Positions 19,011-30,025 are shown, numbered from the stretch's first letter. The stretch: 64,000 nt of DNA from Thermoplasmata archaeon (GCA_021821635.1 JAKACH010000001.1:8304-72303), one strand, 5' to 3'. The notes: generated from the letters alone by a model not told the origin. Numbers and translations are program-made.

Positions 19011-20026
19011 TACTGCATTCCTCCCTTGATACCAAGAGAGCGATCCGTTCTCTCTATAGAACCTTCTCTATCTGACAACTCAAACATCGCCCTGATTGCA
19101 TCGACATTCTCCGGAACAACGTCGCTTTCCTGGTGGACGGCCTGGATGAAGTTCAGCCTACTCCCGCTGACCTTAATACTCTCCTTCCACACTGCAATTT
19201 CAAAGAGATCTCCCCGTGGCCTGCCAAGCTCGCGTGCATAGTCCATGATCTGAGCGGTTGAGCTCTTTCCATCTTTTCCGGAAGTTACAAAGATCCTCCT
19301 CTTCTCGGAGAATATGTCGATTACCTTACTGGAATTGGTTTCTTTCTGCAGGTCTACATTCAAGACATGAACGTGCATGAGTGTTGTCGGTACCTTTACT
19401 GCAACCGTGTCCACGGGGATCTTTCCTATTACTGTCTGGAGATCCGGGCCATGATGTGACGGGAATGAAAGGCTTGGCTCTACAGCGTTTATAGGTCCTT
19501 TCTTGCTGTCGTTCTGGTCTGTTGCTCTCCTGACAAGTGTTGCATAAATTTTGCTTACTCCTATCGAATCCCTTAGAGACGACATAGTCCTGGCCAGTCC
19601 AGTTGTGTTACAGGAGACAACACGAACATAATCCTTGCCCCGCGCCGAATCGTAGTTGGCATATGCGTTGAAGCTGGCTTGCGCAATATCTGCTTCCTCT
19701 CCGCCCTGAAAGACAGCTTTGACCCCTTTCTTTTTGTAAGTAGCAAGATTTTTCTCGCCAACTCCCTCAGGAGTTGCATCAACCACTACTTCGGCTTCCT
19801 CGATCATGCTCTCGACTGTGCCTTCAACCTTTACTCCCTTATCCTCAAATTCCTTCATGCTTTTCTGGTCAGGAACAAAGATCCTGTATTTAGTGGAGGC
19901 AAGCTTTGCTATATAGTCGGGAGAGGCTTTTGCAATTCCCACCACCAACATGTCGTCCTGCAGCGTTATCGCATCAGCCACCCTCCTTCCAATAGTTCCG
20001 AAACCGTTAACCGCGACTCTGATCAT
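19010..20026 (-). CDS. gap: glyceraldehyde-3-phosphate dehydrogenase, archaeal type II
   Basis: [28 protein letters not shown] and [16 protein letters not shown]. Confidence 0.98.
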   Translation of the reverse strand: MIRVAVNGFGTIGRRVADAITLQDDMLVVGIAKASPDYIAKLASTKYRIFVPDQKSMKEFEDKGVKVEGTVESMIEEAEVVVDATPEGVGEKNLATYKKKGVKAVFQGGEEADIAQASFNAYANYDSARGKDYVRVVSCNTTGLARTMSSLRDSIGVSKIYATLVRRATDQNDSKKGPINAVEPSLSFPSHHGPDLQTVIGKIPVDTVAVKVPTTLMHVHVLNVDLQKETNSSKVIDIFSEKRRIFVTSGKDGKSSTAQIMDYARELGRPRGDLFEIAVWKESIKVSGSRLNFIQAVHQESDVVPENVDAIRAMFELSDREGSIERTDRSLGIKGGMQ

Positions 20027-20270
20027 CGTGTGACGATCTCAATCATAAATATAGAAGGATCGAATCTTCTGCTTATTCCTTTTACATTCCTGCTCTAAGC
20101 ATAAAGGATATGTTGAAGATGTCTTTTATTGGATTTCGAAGCATCCTGCACCATAGATGTGGCCTGAACGAGGAGAAAGAATGTATAATCATTTATTGGG
20201 ATAGCCAGAAGTAGAATTTGCTTGCAACATGGATGCCAAGTTTCATATGTAGCAGCCGATTTCCAGCCGC

Positions 20271-23200
20271 TTGCGAATTATTGCATTTATTCTAATAATG
20301 CTACTAACTGCACTTGTACCAGTCCACGCATATGGGCAGCTTGGCGCAACAGTGCAGGAAACAGGAACATATTATTTTTCGAACAACCCTTCAGGGACAT
20401 TTCCTTCAAATTCCTCGCTTTTTCATTTTTCCGTCATTGGGAACAGCAGTACCCTGACTGCCGAAACAGGAAAGGGAACAAATGGAACCGGGCTTCTGCT
20501 GTCGACCTGTAACGGCAATGGCGCATCATATCTCGCCATCGAGGTTAATGGAACCTATCGTAACTTCTCCTTATCGATATCATTTTCGTGGAATGATACA
20601 AGAAACTTTGGTTTTACCGAAGATTATATTGCATTGATGTCAGGAGCCAACACTATGCTAAATCTCTCATTCGGCCCGGATGACGGCTACGGACTGTTTG
20701 AGTATAGAAATTCCTCATCCAAGCATGTGTCTGGTGAACCATCACAAAACACATTATGCAACCTTTCAATATCATACGCGTCCGGTTCTGGATCAACATA
20801 TTTCTCATTTCTTGCAAACGGGCAAAATTCCAGTATTCCGCTAATGTATCCTGCCGCATGCATAGTTAACGAGACCCCCAAACTCATTCTGGGCGGAAGC
20901 ATATCATCATTTACGCTCTATTCAATCAGCATCGGCAACTCTTCAAGGTACAATCAATTTCAACCAAGTCACACTGCGATAACGCCTTCGAAATCAATTA
21001 TTGAAAAGGATCCGTTTGGCCCTTTATATTACAACTATACATGGTTCGACTCTTCCCTGAACACAATCATTGGAATAACCGCTTCAAACTTGATAGCTGC
21101 CTACAACATTGAAAACTCAACAAGTTATAATCTCTATTCTGGCAAAACCTTGAACGGGAACTTAAGCATAATCGTCGGTGATTCTAGTTCAAGCATAATT
21201 TATGTCGCATCCAACCTGACATCAAGCATCTTCTTTACAGTTTCGAAGAGCAACTTATCTGTAAGCGTAGTAACGCTTGAAAGTACACTGGAAGGATTCG
21301 AGGGCATAATCGGCAGCAATGGCACATATGTTCTTCTTGGAAACAGTGGGGAGGTTGCCTATATTGAAAACTGGGTATTGAAATCCAGTTTTACCATATC
21401 ACCCCTTCTGCATGCTTTTCTGCTGAACGCAAGCATAGAGAGCCTGAATGTCACGGCAGATTGGCTCTTGAATAATACAATCTATACCACCCTGATCCAC
21501 GTCCAGAATTCATCTTTTGTGATAGTTTCAAAAAGCATCCTGAACAGTATACCATCGTCATATACGCCGGTTAAGACTTTCAGTGACTCCGGCAACATTT
21601 CCTCGATCCTTTCTTACGGTGGCAATACAACTGCATCATATCTATCTCCTGCCGGATATTTTGGACTAGACGTCGCAATTTCACAGGGGATGGTGGCAGG
21701 AGGCATTTCACAGCATTCCTTCTCCCTCTATACTGGAGGAAACATGTTCCTGGCATCCGGGCAGATCATATATTCGTTTCAGGCAGTAAATGCAAGCGGA
21801 TATGTCCCGATAGCTTTCTCATCATTCGGTATACTCCTCCTTTCACCTTCATCCATGATAATTTACTATAATGGTTCTCATCTCTTACTAACGGGAAAAG
21901 CCCCTACAGCAGTTATTAACAGTACCTATGTGTTAAGAAAGCAGGTGAACCTTGACTTCTATATACAATCTACAAGTCAGTTTACTGCATTACTTGCATT
22001 CGGCAACCTGACACTGAATTCAGAAACTTCATATTTCAAATTTAACAGCACTGAAATATCTGACGGGTCCTATTCTGCACTGCTTAACATAAGCAATATG
22101 CAGGGATATAAGACATCTTATGCCTCAACCATTGTGGTGGACAACGGCAATCCTGACCTTACACTGAGCATCGCGAACAATTCCTTTGTGCCACAGAATT
22201 TTGACCTGGGTCTAAACTTCACTTTCTGGTCACAGATAAAGAATCTCAGCATTGCTTATGCTGGCAGTAACATAAGCATGATTCCTGAAAACCAGACAGT
22301 TCATGTTGCATTCGGCAACCTTACAGGCTCCCAGACAATCCAGCTTGATCTGGTTGATGAATTCGGAATAGGTCATATTTATCAGATCGATGTGACCGTA
22401 ATTTCGAACGATACCTCCGGTTTCGAGATCAACCTTCAGAATGGAACATTCCTGGATTCAACGCATTATCTGCTGGCTTGGTCGTCAGTCCCATACACAG
22501 AAGAATATTTGATAGAAGTCAGGGGAATGGGCATCTGGGAAAATATCAGCGGGAATTCGACCTCAACAAATATTAGCCTCGTTAATGGAAATCTCACAGT
22601 TTCCATTTCAGCGATTCAACTTGACGGCAGATCACTATTTCTCGCAGAACGCTCAATATTTGTTGTAGCATACAGCCCCGAGCTTTTACTCTCAGGAAAT
22701 TCATCAGGCTACTATTCTTTCTATGGAAATTCCTCAAACAATACTTTCATTTTAAATGCCCAGACAAATTCGAGTGCATTCATTTCGTTGGACGTAATTT
22801 CTGCGAACGGTACCGTTTTATTCACAGCAGCAGGGCATAATTACGTTACATTCAACGAAGACAACGAAACCTTCATATTCGCCGCGAACGGTCTTTACAA
22901 GATACGTCTGGTTGCTACGGGTCCAAGCGGCCTTTCAAGTCAAGCCACTCTCACTCTTAGCATAAACAACAGTGATCCACTTCCGATTTACGCGACAGGT
23001 TCACACATATTCACCAACTCGTCCCTCATGCAGGTAGGTAAGGATCAGCTTCCCGGCGTCAACTACCTCTATACAGTTTATTTCAGTGGAACCGAGGTAG
23101 AACAATCTAGAGGTGGATTATTCACGCTACTTAACGGTACTGGAAACTATTCGCTTGTCGTGTACGAGCTAAACGAATGGTCGGATCATACTACGGTTGT

Positions 23201-23987
23201 GGTCCCGGTAACATATGAGACTGCATCCCCCGAGGTAAATATATCACAGCAAGGAAGAAATAGCCAGCACATCCGATACAGCATAGAGGATGCTGCCCCT
23301 TTGAAAACCATTTTGCTGCACTACCTGAATCACACGATCGCCCTGAACGCTTCCCATATGAGCGGAAACCTGAATATGGATATGCAGGAGAATACAATCA
23401 TAAACGTCTCTCTGTATGCTCTTGATGCCTGCGGAAATTATGCTACAGCTGAAACAGTGTTCATAACAACAGATTTCGTGAACATTACGTCATCAAGCCT
23501 CGACGCTTTCTCGATATTCGGGATTGGCATCTTCCGCGTGGGTCTTTCCGGACAGAATATCGCTAATGCTTCGGTCACTATCAAGGCAACTGGAGATTCG
23601 TCTAACAGTTCTCTTTTTATTGAATATTTTATGCCATTTGGCTATTCTACGGTCACCGCTGTTGTGAGCTATAACGGTCACCAGTTCACGCTCACAAAGA
23701 GGGTGTATTCAATAGGCTGGTATCCACTTATCGCAGCGGTGGGAATATTTCTGATAGTTCTTGCATTGCGAATGGCAGGGCAGTCCAGTGATCCTGAAAA
23801 AATACAAGAACTTGTCTTCGGCTACGCCAATCATTCCATGAAAGAAATTAAAAAACAATCTGTAAGATGGAGAGTCCGGAAGAAGGCACTTTACGCGACA
23901 ATCGAGGCCATGTCCAAGAAGGGACTAATTAAAGTGGAAGAGGATCCTGATGGCGAATCATATTTAATGCTTCAGGAAAAAACCTGA
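20271..23987 (+). CDS. large secreted, membrane-anchored protein with Ig-like repeats and a cytoplasmic tail
   Basis: Signal peptide, S/T/N-rich body with many NxS/T sequons, TM segment (WYPLIAAVGIFLIVLAL) and a ~65-aa charged tail. Confidence 0.8.
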   Translation: MRIIAFILIMLLTALVPVHAYGQLGATVQETGTYYFSNNPSGTFPSNSSLFHFSVIGNSSTLTAETGKGTNGTGLLLSTCNGNGASYLAIEVNGTYRNFSLSISFSWNDTRNFGFTEDYIALMSGANTMLNLSFGPDDGYGLFEYRNSSSKHVSGEPSQNTLCNLSISYASGSGSTYFSFLANGQNSSIPLMYPAACIVNETPKLILGGSISSFTLYSISIGNSSRYNQFQPSHTAITPSKSIIEKDPFGPLYYNYTWFDSSLNTIIGITASNLIAAYNIENSTSYNLYSGKTLNGNLSIIVGDSSSSIIYVASNLTSSIFFTVSKSNLSVSVVTLESTLEGFEGIIGSNGTYVLLGNSGEVAYIENWVLKSSFTISPLLHAFLLNASIESLNVTADWLLNNTIYTTLIHVQNSSFVIVSKSILNSIPSSYTPVKTFSDSGNISSILSYGGNTTASYLSPAGYFGLDVAISQGMVAGGISQHSFSLYTGGNMFLASGQIIYSFQAVNASGYVPIAFSSFGILLLSPSSMIIYYNGSHLLLTGKAPTAVINSTYVLRKQVNLDFYIQSTSQFTALLAFGNLTLNSETSYFKFNSTEISDGSYSALLNISNMQGYKTSYASTIVVDNGNPDLTLSIANNSFVPQNFDLGLNFTFWSQIKNLSIAYAGSNISMIPENQTVHVAFGNLTGSQTIQLDLVDEFGIGHIYQIDVTVISNDTSGFEINLQNGTFLDSTHYLLAWSSVPYTEEYLIEVRGMGIWENISGNSTSTNISLVNGNLTVSISAIQLDGRSLFLAERSIFVVAYSPELLLSGNSSGYYSFYGNSSNNTFILNAQTNSSAFISLDVISANGTVLFTAAGHNYVTFNEDNETFIFAANGLYKIRLVATGPSGLSSQATLTLSINNSDPLPIYATGSHIFTNSSLMQVGKDQLPGVNYLYTVYFSGTEVEQSRGGLFTLLNGTGNYSLVVYELNEWSDHTTVVVPVTYETASPEVNISQQGRNSQHIRYSIEDAAPLKTILLHYLNHTIALNASHMSGNLNMDMQENTIINVSLYALDACGNYATAETVFITTDFVNITSSSLDAFSIFGIGIFRVGLSGQNIANASVTIKATGDSSNSSLFIEYFMPFGYSTVTAVVSYNGHQFTLTKRVYSIGWYPLIAAVGIFLIVLALRMAGQSSDPEKIQELVFGYANHSMKEIKKQSVRWRVRKKALYATIEAMSKKGLIKVEEDPDGESYLMLQEKT

Positions 23988-24025
23988 TTTGATTACCTTT
24001 ATCTATTATTCAGCTATCTTGCAGA

Positions 24026-25672
24026 ATGCGTTCTAACCAGACTGGCCACATAGGCAGCCTTGAGATAAAAAACAGGATTGCCATGGCTCCAATGATCTCA
24101 AATCTTGCAAATCCTGACGGAACAACAAACGAAACACACTTGAGTTATCTGGAAGAGAGGGCAAAGGGCGGAGCAGGGCTCATCATAACAGAGTACACAT
24201 ACATTAATGATCTGAACTCAAGGGGTTCCAGGAATGAACTTGGCGCGTTCAGCTCCACACAGATTCCGAAGCTCCGGAGGATACCGGAAAGTTTACACAA
24301 GTACGGGGCAAAGACATTCATGCAGATAGTTCATGCCGGCGGTAAGGCACTTCAGGATGAAAACAGGAAAAAACCTATGGCACCTTCCCCTGTTGATTAT
24401 TTGGGGAGGACCCCTTCTGAAATGTCAGGGGGCGACATAGAGGAAGTTGTGAAGGATTTTGAGAAAGCTGCCTTGATTGCATATAATTCCAGGTTTGACG
24501 GAATAGAGATACATGGCGCCCATGGTTATCTCATCCATGAGTTCATATCACCTAACCTGAACATCAGGCAGGACAGATATGGCGGATCCTTTGAAAAGCG
24601 GCTAGTTGTTCCGCAGATGATCATTGACGCAGTGAAGGAAGTAAAGGATATTCCCGTCGGGATCAGGCTCAGCCTTTATGAAGACGATCCTAACGGCTTC
24701 GATCCCTCATATGGACTCAAGGTCGCCGAATCCCTTCGCGGGATAGATTACGTTCATTTCTCGGCGGGTAATTTCAACCCTCCAGGTTCTTCTGCTTCTT
24801 TCTATACACAGGAAGCACACGTTTTCTCTAAACTCCCAAGGAAACCGAAGATCACTTCGATGATAGTCGGATCACTTGTCAATGCGCAGTCAATTGAAAA
24901 AGCCCTTGAAGTCTGCGACTTTGTATCCGTGGGCAGAGGAATGCTTGCCGATCCGTCTTTTGCCCTTAAAGTAATGAAGTCTCCTTCCCTGCTGCGTCCA
25001 TGCATAAGGTGTAATCAGGGCTGCAGGGATCTATCATACGGAGAAGTAAGATGCACCGTGAATCCATCGGTTGGCTACGAATACAGGAGAACCGAGAGAT
25101 ATACTGGGGAAATTGCAATCATCGGGGCAGGAATTCAGGGACTAGAGGCGGCACTGTTCGCAGCCAAATCCGGCCTCACTGTAACACTTTATGAGTCCAG
25201 TGAAGCAATAGGAGGGCAGCTGAATAAGATTACTGATGAATACAAAAAGAAGGCAATCAATCCACTGCTTTCATACTACAGCAATGCCCTGGAAAAAATT
25301 GGCGTCGATCTTATACTGAACTCAAAGTATACCGGAACTGGAATATATTGTCTTCCTCCTGTGACATACCCGGACATTCCTGAAGATGCAGATCTTGTGG
25401 AGAGCAACATATATGCGCACCATGATACTTTTCTCTTCCTGGCAGGGACCAGGAAACTGAAGGTTGGTACAAGAAGCCTGACCAGCCTTGACAGGGCAAG
25501 GAAAAGCGCATACATGCAGATTGCCGCATCCAGGGGGATAGAATTTGTGGAGTCTGCTGATTTCTCGTTTTCACTGATTGTGAAGGATCAGTACGATATA
25601 CTGCAGGCAATGAATGCTGGCAGGACCAAAGTTTCCATGTATATTGCTGAGAACCGCTCAGATTTTCTCTGA
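24026..25672 (+). CDS. NADH:flavin oxidoreductase (old yellow enzyme family) with 4Fe-4S motif and FAD-binding domain
   Basis: KNRIAMAPM, RAKGGAGLIITE, EIHGAHGYL, CIRCNQGC..C and IIGAG.QGLEAA. Confidence 0.93.
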   Translation: MRSNQTGHIGSLEIKNRIAMAPMISNLANPDGTTNETHLSYLEERAKGGAGLIITEYTYINDLNSRGSRNELGAFSSTQIPKLRRIPESLHKYGAKTFMQIVHAGGKALQDENRKKPMAPSPVDYLGRTPSEMSGGDIEEVVKDFEKAALIAYNSRFDGIEIHGAHGYLIHEFISPNLNIRQDRYGGSFEKRLVVPQMIIDAVKEVKDIPVGIRLSLYEDDPNGFDPSYGLKVAESLRGIDYVHFSAGNFNPPGSSASFYTQEAHVFSKLPRKPKITSMIVGSLVNAQSIEKALEVCDFVSVGRGMLADPSFALKVMKSPSLLRPCIRCNQGCRDLSYGEVRCTVNPSVGYEYRRTERYTGEIAIIGAGIQGLEAALFAAKSGLTVTLYESSEAIGGQLNKITDEYKKKAINPLLSYYSNALEKIGVDLILNSKYTGTGIYCLPPVTYPDIPEDADLVESNIYAHHDTFLFLAGTRKLKVGTRSLTSLDRARKSAYMQIAASRGIEFVESADFSFSLIVKDQYDILQAMNAGRTKVSMYIAENRSDFL

Positions 25673-25837
25673 ACCTATACTCCAACAGCCAGTAAATGAA
25701 ATAGCTTGAAGATAGCCGATCCTGGGTTGCACAAATATGCATTCAACGCAGAGCTTTAGCAGCAAATCCTATGCTGATAAGGTTTCCAGGAATGTTTATT
25801 ATTTTATTGCCAATTACTGGTGTCGCAGAAGTGCATT

Positions 25838-26755
25838 ATGATAAAGATTGAATCCGCAACCAAGATATATACACACAACGCCCCTCCTGCGGTTGATTCT
25901 CTTGATCTCGAGATCCTGGATGGCCAGATTCTAGGCCTAGTTGGCCTGAATGGAGCCGGAAAAACGACCTCAATAAGGATGGCCTCTGGAATAATCCTGC
26001 CAACCTCAGGTCATGTAATGGTTGACGGTCATGACATCGTGAGCGACAAGGTGAAGGCAGCGGCACAGGTTGGATGGATACCGGAACTGCCCAACTTCGA
26101 GCCTAACGCAAAGCCAGTCGAACTGATGAGGTATTTTGCCGGATTCTATGGGATACCGGCTGAAGAGGCAAATAAGAGGATTACAGCACTTCTCACAAAA
26201 GTTGGCCTTGCCAACGACCTGAACAAGAAACTCAGGAACTATTCTCAAGGAATGAAGAAGCGCTTTGCAATAGCTGAATCAATAGTTGGTGACCCAAAGA
26301 ACGTGCTTTTTGATGAGACCCTGAACGGTCTTGACCCAGAAGGCGTTGTTTTTGTCAGGAATCTCATGTTTGAAATGAAGAAAGAAGGAAAGGCAATCCT
26401 GCTTTCATCGCATATATTAAGCGAAGTTGAGGATGTTGCGGACAGAGTTGCGATAATCAACCATGGAAAGCTTATCAAGATACTTACCAGGAATGAACTA
26501 CGGACTCTTGGAAAGACAATTGTCAAAATTTCAGTGGACAACTATGACGATTCATGCCTGAAGATGCTAAAGGAATTCGGGGAGCCACGATTCGACGGTC
26601 ATGATGTTGTCCTTTCAGATCTGACAATAACTGATGATCAGTTAGCCATGATACCGGAAAACATGATAAAAGCAGGTTACAGGCTAAGGCAGTTCACGCC
26701 AATGGGCGAAACGCTCGAAGAATACTTCTTCGGGCTGATAGGTGAGAAGCAATGA
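25838..26755 (+). CDS. ABC transporter ATP-binding protein (ABC-2 type)
   Basis: GLNGAGKTT, YSQGMKKR, LFDE and SSH. Confidence 0.95.
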   Translation: MIKIESATKIYTHNAPPAVDSLDLEILDGQILGLVGLNGAGKTTSIRMASGIILPTSGHVMVDGHDIVSDKVKAAAQVGWIPELPNFEPNAKPVELMRYFAGFYGIPAEEANKRITALLTKVGLANDLNKKLRNYSQGMKKRFAIAESIVGDPKNVLFDETLNGLDPEGVVFVRNLMFEMKKEGKAILLSSHILSEVEDVADRVAIINHGKLIKILTRNELRTLGKTIVKISVDNYDDSCLKMLKEFGEPRFDGHDVVLSDLTITDDQLAMIPENMIKAGYRLRQFTPMGETLEEYFFGLIGEKQ

Positions 26756-28236
26756 GGCCGATCACATACGAGATCAAGAGAACGCTTACCAGCAAATTCG
26801 TCATCATAATGATTGTAGCAATTGTAGGTCTTGCATCCCTTCTCGCATACGAGAACGGATCGACTTTTTCTACAGTGAATGTTCCAACAACACCGGAACT
26901 TACCACCGGGTATTACATCAACGGTCAGAACCTTACCATGGTCGGTTATTTCCATGATGCTTATGGACATCCGATAGACCATATCACCGCCTACTACGAA
27001 TACAACAACACATTTTACAGTAGCGCAGCGAATAAGTATGGTTTTGCAAACGCTACCATTCCAGCTATTCCAACGGGAAAGCCAGTAACCGTACTCGTTA
27101 ACTTTACTTACGAACGCTTCAGGCAACCCGTATCAAGTCCACAAACTGCTTTACAGATAAATGCATTGAATTTATTTTCCGGACTCACGGTCGTAAATGG
27201 AATATTCAACCCTGCAAACAAATCCAACCTCGGCATGCTTGCATTTTATGTCGGCTCAGGCGGTTCGACAGCGCCGCCTATTACGTTTTACATTTCACCA
27301 ATCAATCTTTCCAGGATATCGTCAGTCAATCCCGCTTCTCTTGAGGCAAACAGCACATTCTCAATCACCCGATCTGGCTTTGTCGAAACTACAATATTCC
27401 CTCAGGTAACAGCAGCGGACAGAGGCATGAATTATAGCGTGGTGGCGACAAACACAACTGGAGCATTTATTGCATTTACCACCTCTTCCGACACCTCCCC
27501 TGTTGGCATACTTGGGCCCCTTTCCCTGTACACAAAGTTGAGCCAAAGTGATCTTCAGGGTCTTGTCTTTTCAGGCACATCACAGATACTTGGATTCCTG
27601 ATTCCCATACTCGCAATATTCGCGGCATACCTTACCTATGGAAAGGACAGGACAACAGGCGTTCTGGAATCAGTGCTCAAGCGTCCTATTACACGTGGAG
27701 AGATAATCTTTTCAAGATTCATTTCGAACTCTGTGGCTATCATAGGTGCAGTAGCGCTTTCCATGCTGTTTTCAGATCTGATAATAAATCATTACCTTGG
27801 ATCATACCTGTCGGCTTACTTCGACGCATACTTCATCTGGACATACGTGGTGGAAGGTCTCTCCTTCCTTGCCCTCGTTTATTTGTTCTCCCACCTGGTT
27901 AAGTCACAGGGCGCCCTGCTGGGTGCAGCCATTGCAATCTTCGTTGTATGGGACTTATTCTGGACAATTATACCTATAGCGATCCTCTCAGCCCTGGGCA
28001 TCGGCTCGAGCACAAACACCTATCTGTCAGCTGAGGTGCTGTTCAACTACATAAGCCCAGCCGGATACGGGAGCCTGGTCCAGACATTTTTCACGGGAAA
28101 GATTGGATTGATCAGCAGCACATCAATCAATCCTGCACTATTTGGGATTAACGTTCCTCTCCTGATTACAGCGGGAATCCTGTGGATGGTAGTACCTTTC
28201 GCCATTGCATTCTCATTAGCCGTAAAGAGGGATTGA
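26752..28236 (+). CDS. ABC-2 type permease with a large extracellular loop
   Basis: TM1, ~230-aa extracytoplasmic insert, then DR..G.LESVL.RPITRGEI..SRF and several TMs. ATGA overlap with the ATPase. Confidence 0.9.
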   Translation: MRPITYEIKRTLTSKFVIIMIVAIVGLASLLAYENGSTFSTVNVPTTPELTTGYYINGQNLTMVGYFHDAYGHPIDHITAYYEYNNTFYSSAANKYGFANATIPAIPTGKPVTVLVNFTYERFRQPVSSPQTALQINALNLFSGLTVVNGIFNPANKSNLGMLAFYVGSGGSTAPPITFYISPINLSRISSVNPASLEANSTFSITRSGFVETTIFPQVTAADRGMNYSVVATNTTGAFIAFTTSSDTSPVGILGPLSLYTKLSQSDLQGLVFSGTSQILGFLIPILAIFAAYLTYGKDRTTGVLESVLKRPITRGEIIFSRFISNSVAIIGAVALSMLFSDLIINHYLGSYLSAYFDAYFIWTYVVEGLSFLALVYLFSHLVKSQGALLGAAIAIFVVWDLFWTIIPIAILSALGIGSSTNTYLSAEVLFNYISPAGYGSLVQTFFTGKIGLISSTSINPALFGINVPLLITAGILWMVVPFAIAFSLAVKRD

Positions 28237-28423
28237 TCATCTTCGCACACACAACATCATGCAGTGCATTTGTCAACGCCCCTCTTCTTAATCAGAGGAG
28301 CGTTGGTTACTGGGAGATAAAGGAGCGGAATTGTTATTCTCCAATGTTCTTCCCGAGCATTTGGTAAAAAGCAAAGGGATTCAGAAACATCTTATACAGT
28401 GTTTTGATTTGCGTTGTCGTAAA

Positions 28424-28978
28424 ATGAGATTAAAGATCATAACAGTTGCAGTGATCGCCATATTCCTGGCGATTTCATTTCTTCCCAGCGTGAGCAGCGC
28501 GTCCATTCCACCCCTGGGGGCACAGCCATCATCACTCCCGAGCATTCCGTACAATTACGACGGATCGATATATAATATAACATCCAGCAACTGGACATCT
28601 TACTTTGACGACATATACAACAACAGGGCCATTGTTTCATTCAACTGGTCCGGGAATGCCACGGAGGATCTCATCCTCTTCGATCTGAGCTACAAAGGAC
28701 TCAATCCTTATGGATTGCAGATCGTCACACAGCTCTCATCCATCGGTGAACCTTCCCTGAAGAACTTTACCATCGCTTTTAACAGAACAAAATCGATGAG
28801 TTCCCAGGTTCCAGGATACACGAATATCCAGGCGCTAAATGCGGGCGCTTATCCAGGTTTCTCCTGGTCTGTTCCAAAAATTAAGAAACCCGCGGTCCAG
28901 GACACATATATAGGAATTATAGTGGCGCTCATAGCCTCGATATTTGTCCTTTATTTCATTTTTAACCGCAAGAGGTAA
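28424..28978 (+). CDS. hypothetical secreted protein with C-terminal membrane anchor
   Basis: Signal peptide MRLKIITVAVIAIFLAISFL; C-terminal TM followed by RKR. Confidence 0.75.
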   Translation: MRLKIITVAVIAIFLAISFLPSVSSASIPPLGAQPSSLPSIPYNYDGSIYNITSSNWTSYFDDIYNNRAIVSFNWSGNATEDLILFDLSYKGLNPYGLQIVTQLSSIGEPSLKNFTIAFNRTKSMSSQVPGYTNIQALNAGAYPGFSWSVPKIKKPAVQDTYIGIIVALIASIFVLYFIFNRKR

Positions 28979-29013
28979 TACTAAATATCTAAGGCAGTTA
29001 TTGTGGCACAGCA

Positions 29014-29577
29014 ATGAAGGATAAATTCGTCATTGGAGTGACCGGTGGTTCCGGTTCAATTCTTGCTCTGACTCTCCTCAGGAATCTTGAAAATTACGAA
29101 ACGCATGTTGTCGTAAGCGAGGGTGCCAAAAAGGTTTTCAGGGAGGAGCTCGGCTCAACAGGGGACGAGTTACTGAAACTTGCCTCCTATACATATGACG
29201 ATAAAGACATATCAGCAAGGATAAGCTCGGGGAGCTTCAAATTCACTGCGGCGGTAATCATACCATGTAGCATCTCAACACTCGGCAAGGTCGCATCTGG
29301 AATCTCGGACACCCTTGTTACGCGTGCCTGTGCCGTGGCACTTAAGGAAAGAAGGAAGCTTATTCTGGTTCCACGAGAGATGCCCCTGAGCACCATTGTT
29401 TTGGAAAACATGCATAAACTCTCTCTGGCGGGTGCTATAGTTGCTCCGGCAAGCCCGGGTTACTATACCAGGCCGAAAAGCGTAGAAGACATGGTAAATT
29501 TTGTAGTATCCAGGGTCCTGGACCTTATGGGAGTTGAAAACGACCTGGTAAGAAGGTGGAGGTCTGGAGAGAAGTAA
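29014..29577 (+). CDS. ubiX: flavin prenyltransferase UbiX
   Basis: GVTGGSG, ISSGS, PCS..TL, RA..VALKERRKL.LVPREMPL and PGYY. Confidence 0.95.
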   Translation: MKDKFVIGVTGGSGSILALTLLRNLENYETHVVVSEGAKKVFREELGSTGDELLKLASYTYDDKDISARISSGSFKFTAAVIIPCSISTLGKVASGISDTLVTRACAVALKERRKLILVPREMPLSTIVLENMHKLSLAGAIVAPASPGYYTRPKSVEDMVNFVVSRVLDLMGVENDLVRRWRSGEK

Positions 29578-30025
29578 ATTCCTTGCAGATCACATGCTTG
29601 GGCGCCTCGCACGGTGGCTGCGCATAATGGGTTTTGACGTTGAATATGCTGCTTCAAGTCTCAGCGACACTGAAATAATAGAGAAATGCAAAAGCCATGA
29701 TCTGTTCCTTCTAACGAGGGACAAGGAGCTGCATAGCAGATATCTCCCTTCAATGTACTTTACGTCACAGGACCATCGGGAACAGATCAGACAGTTTTTA
29801 TCCACTTTTACTGTCGACAAAAATCTTGTGTTCACAAGATGCACGGAATGCAACCATCCACTCGAAAATAGGGATACAGCCGATCTCAAAGGAAATATTC
29901 CTGAAGGAGTGCGTGAAAGGTTCTCGACAGTTCTCTATTGCTCGAAATGCGGTAAATTCTATTGGGAAGGGGATCACTACGACAAGATAGTTCAATTTCT
30001 TAGAGGGCTGGGCATAGAGATATGA
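29564..30025 (+). CDS. Mut7-C RNase domain protein (PIN-like domain plus zinc ribbon)
   Basis: KFLADHMLGRLARWLR.MGFD, LLTRD.EL, TRC.ECN..L and C..CGKFYWEG.H. The conserved N-terminus lies upstream of ATG 29594, so a CTG start at 29564 is inferred. Confidence 0.9.
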   Translation: MERSKFLADHMLGRLARWLRIMGFDVEYAASSLSDTEIIEKCKSHDLFLLTRDKELHSRYLPSMYFTSQDHREQIRQFLSTFTVDKNLVFTRCTECNHPLENRDTADLKGNIPEGVRERFSTVLYCSKCGKFYWEGDHYDKIVQFLRGLGIEI

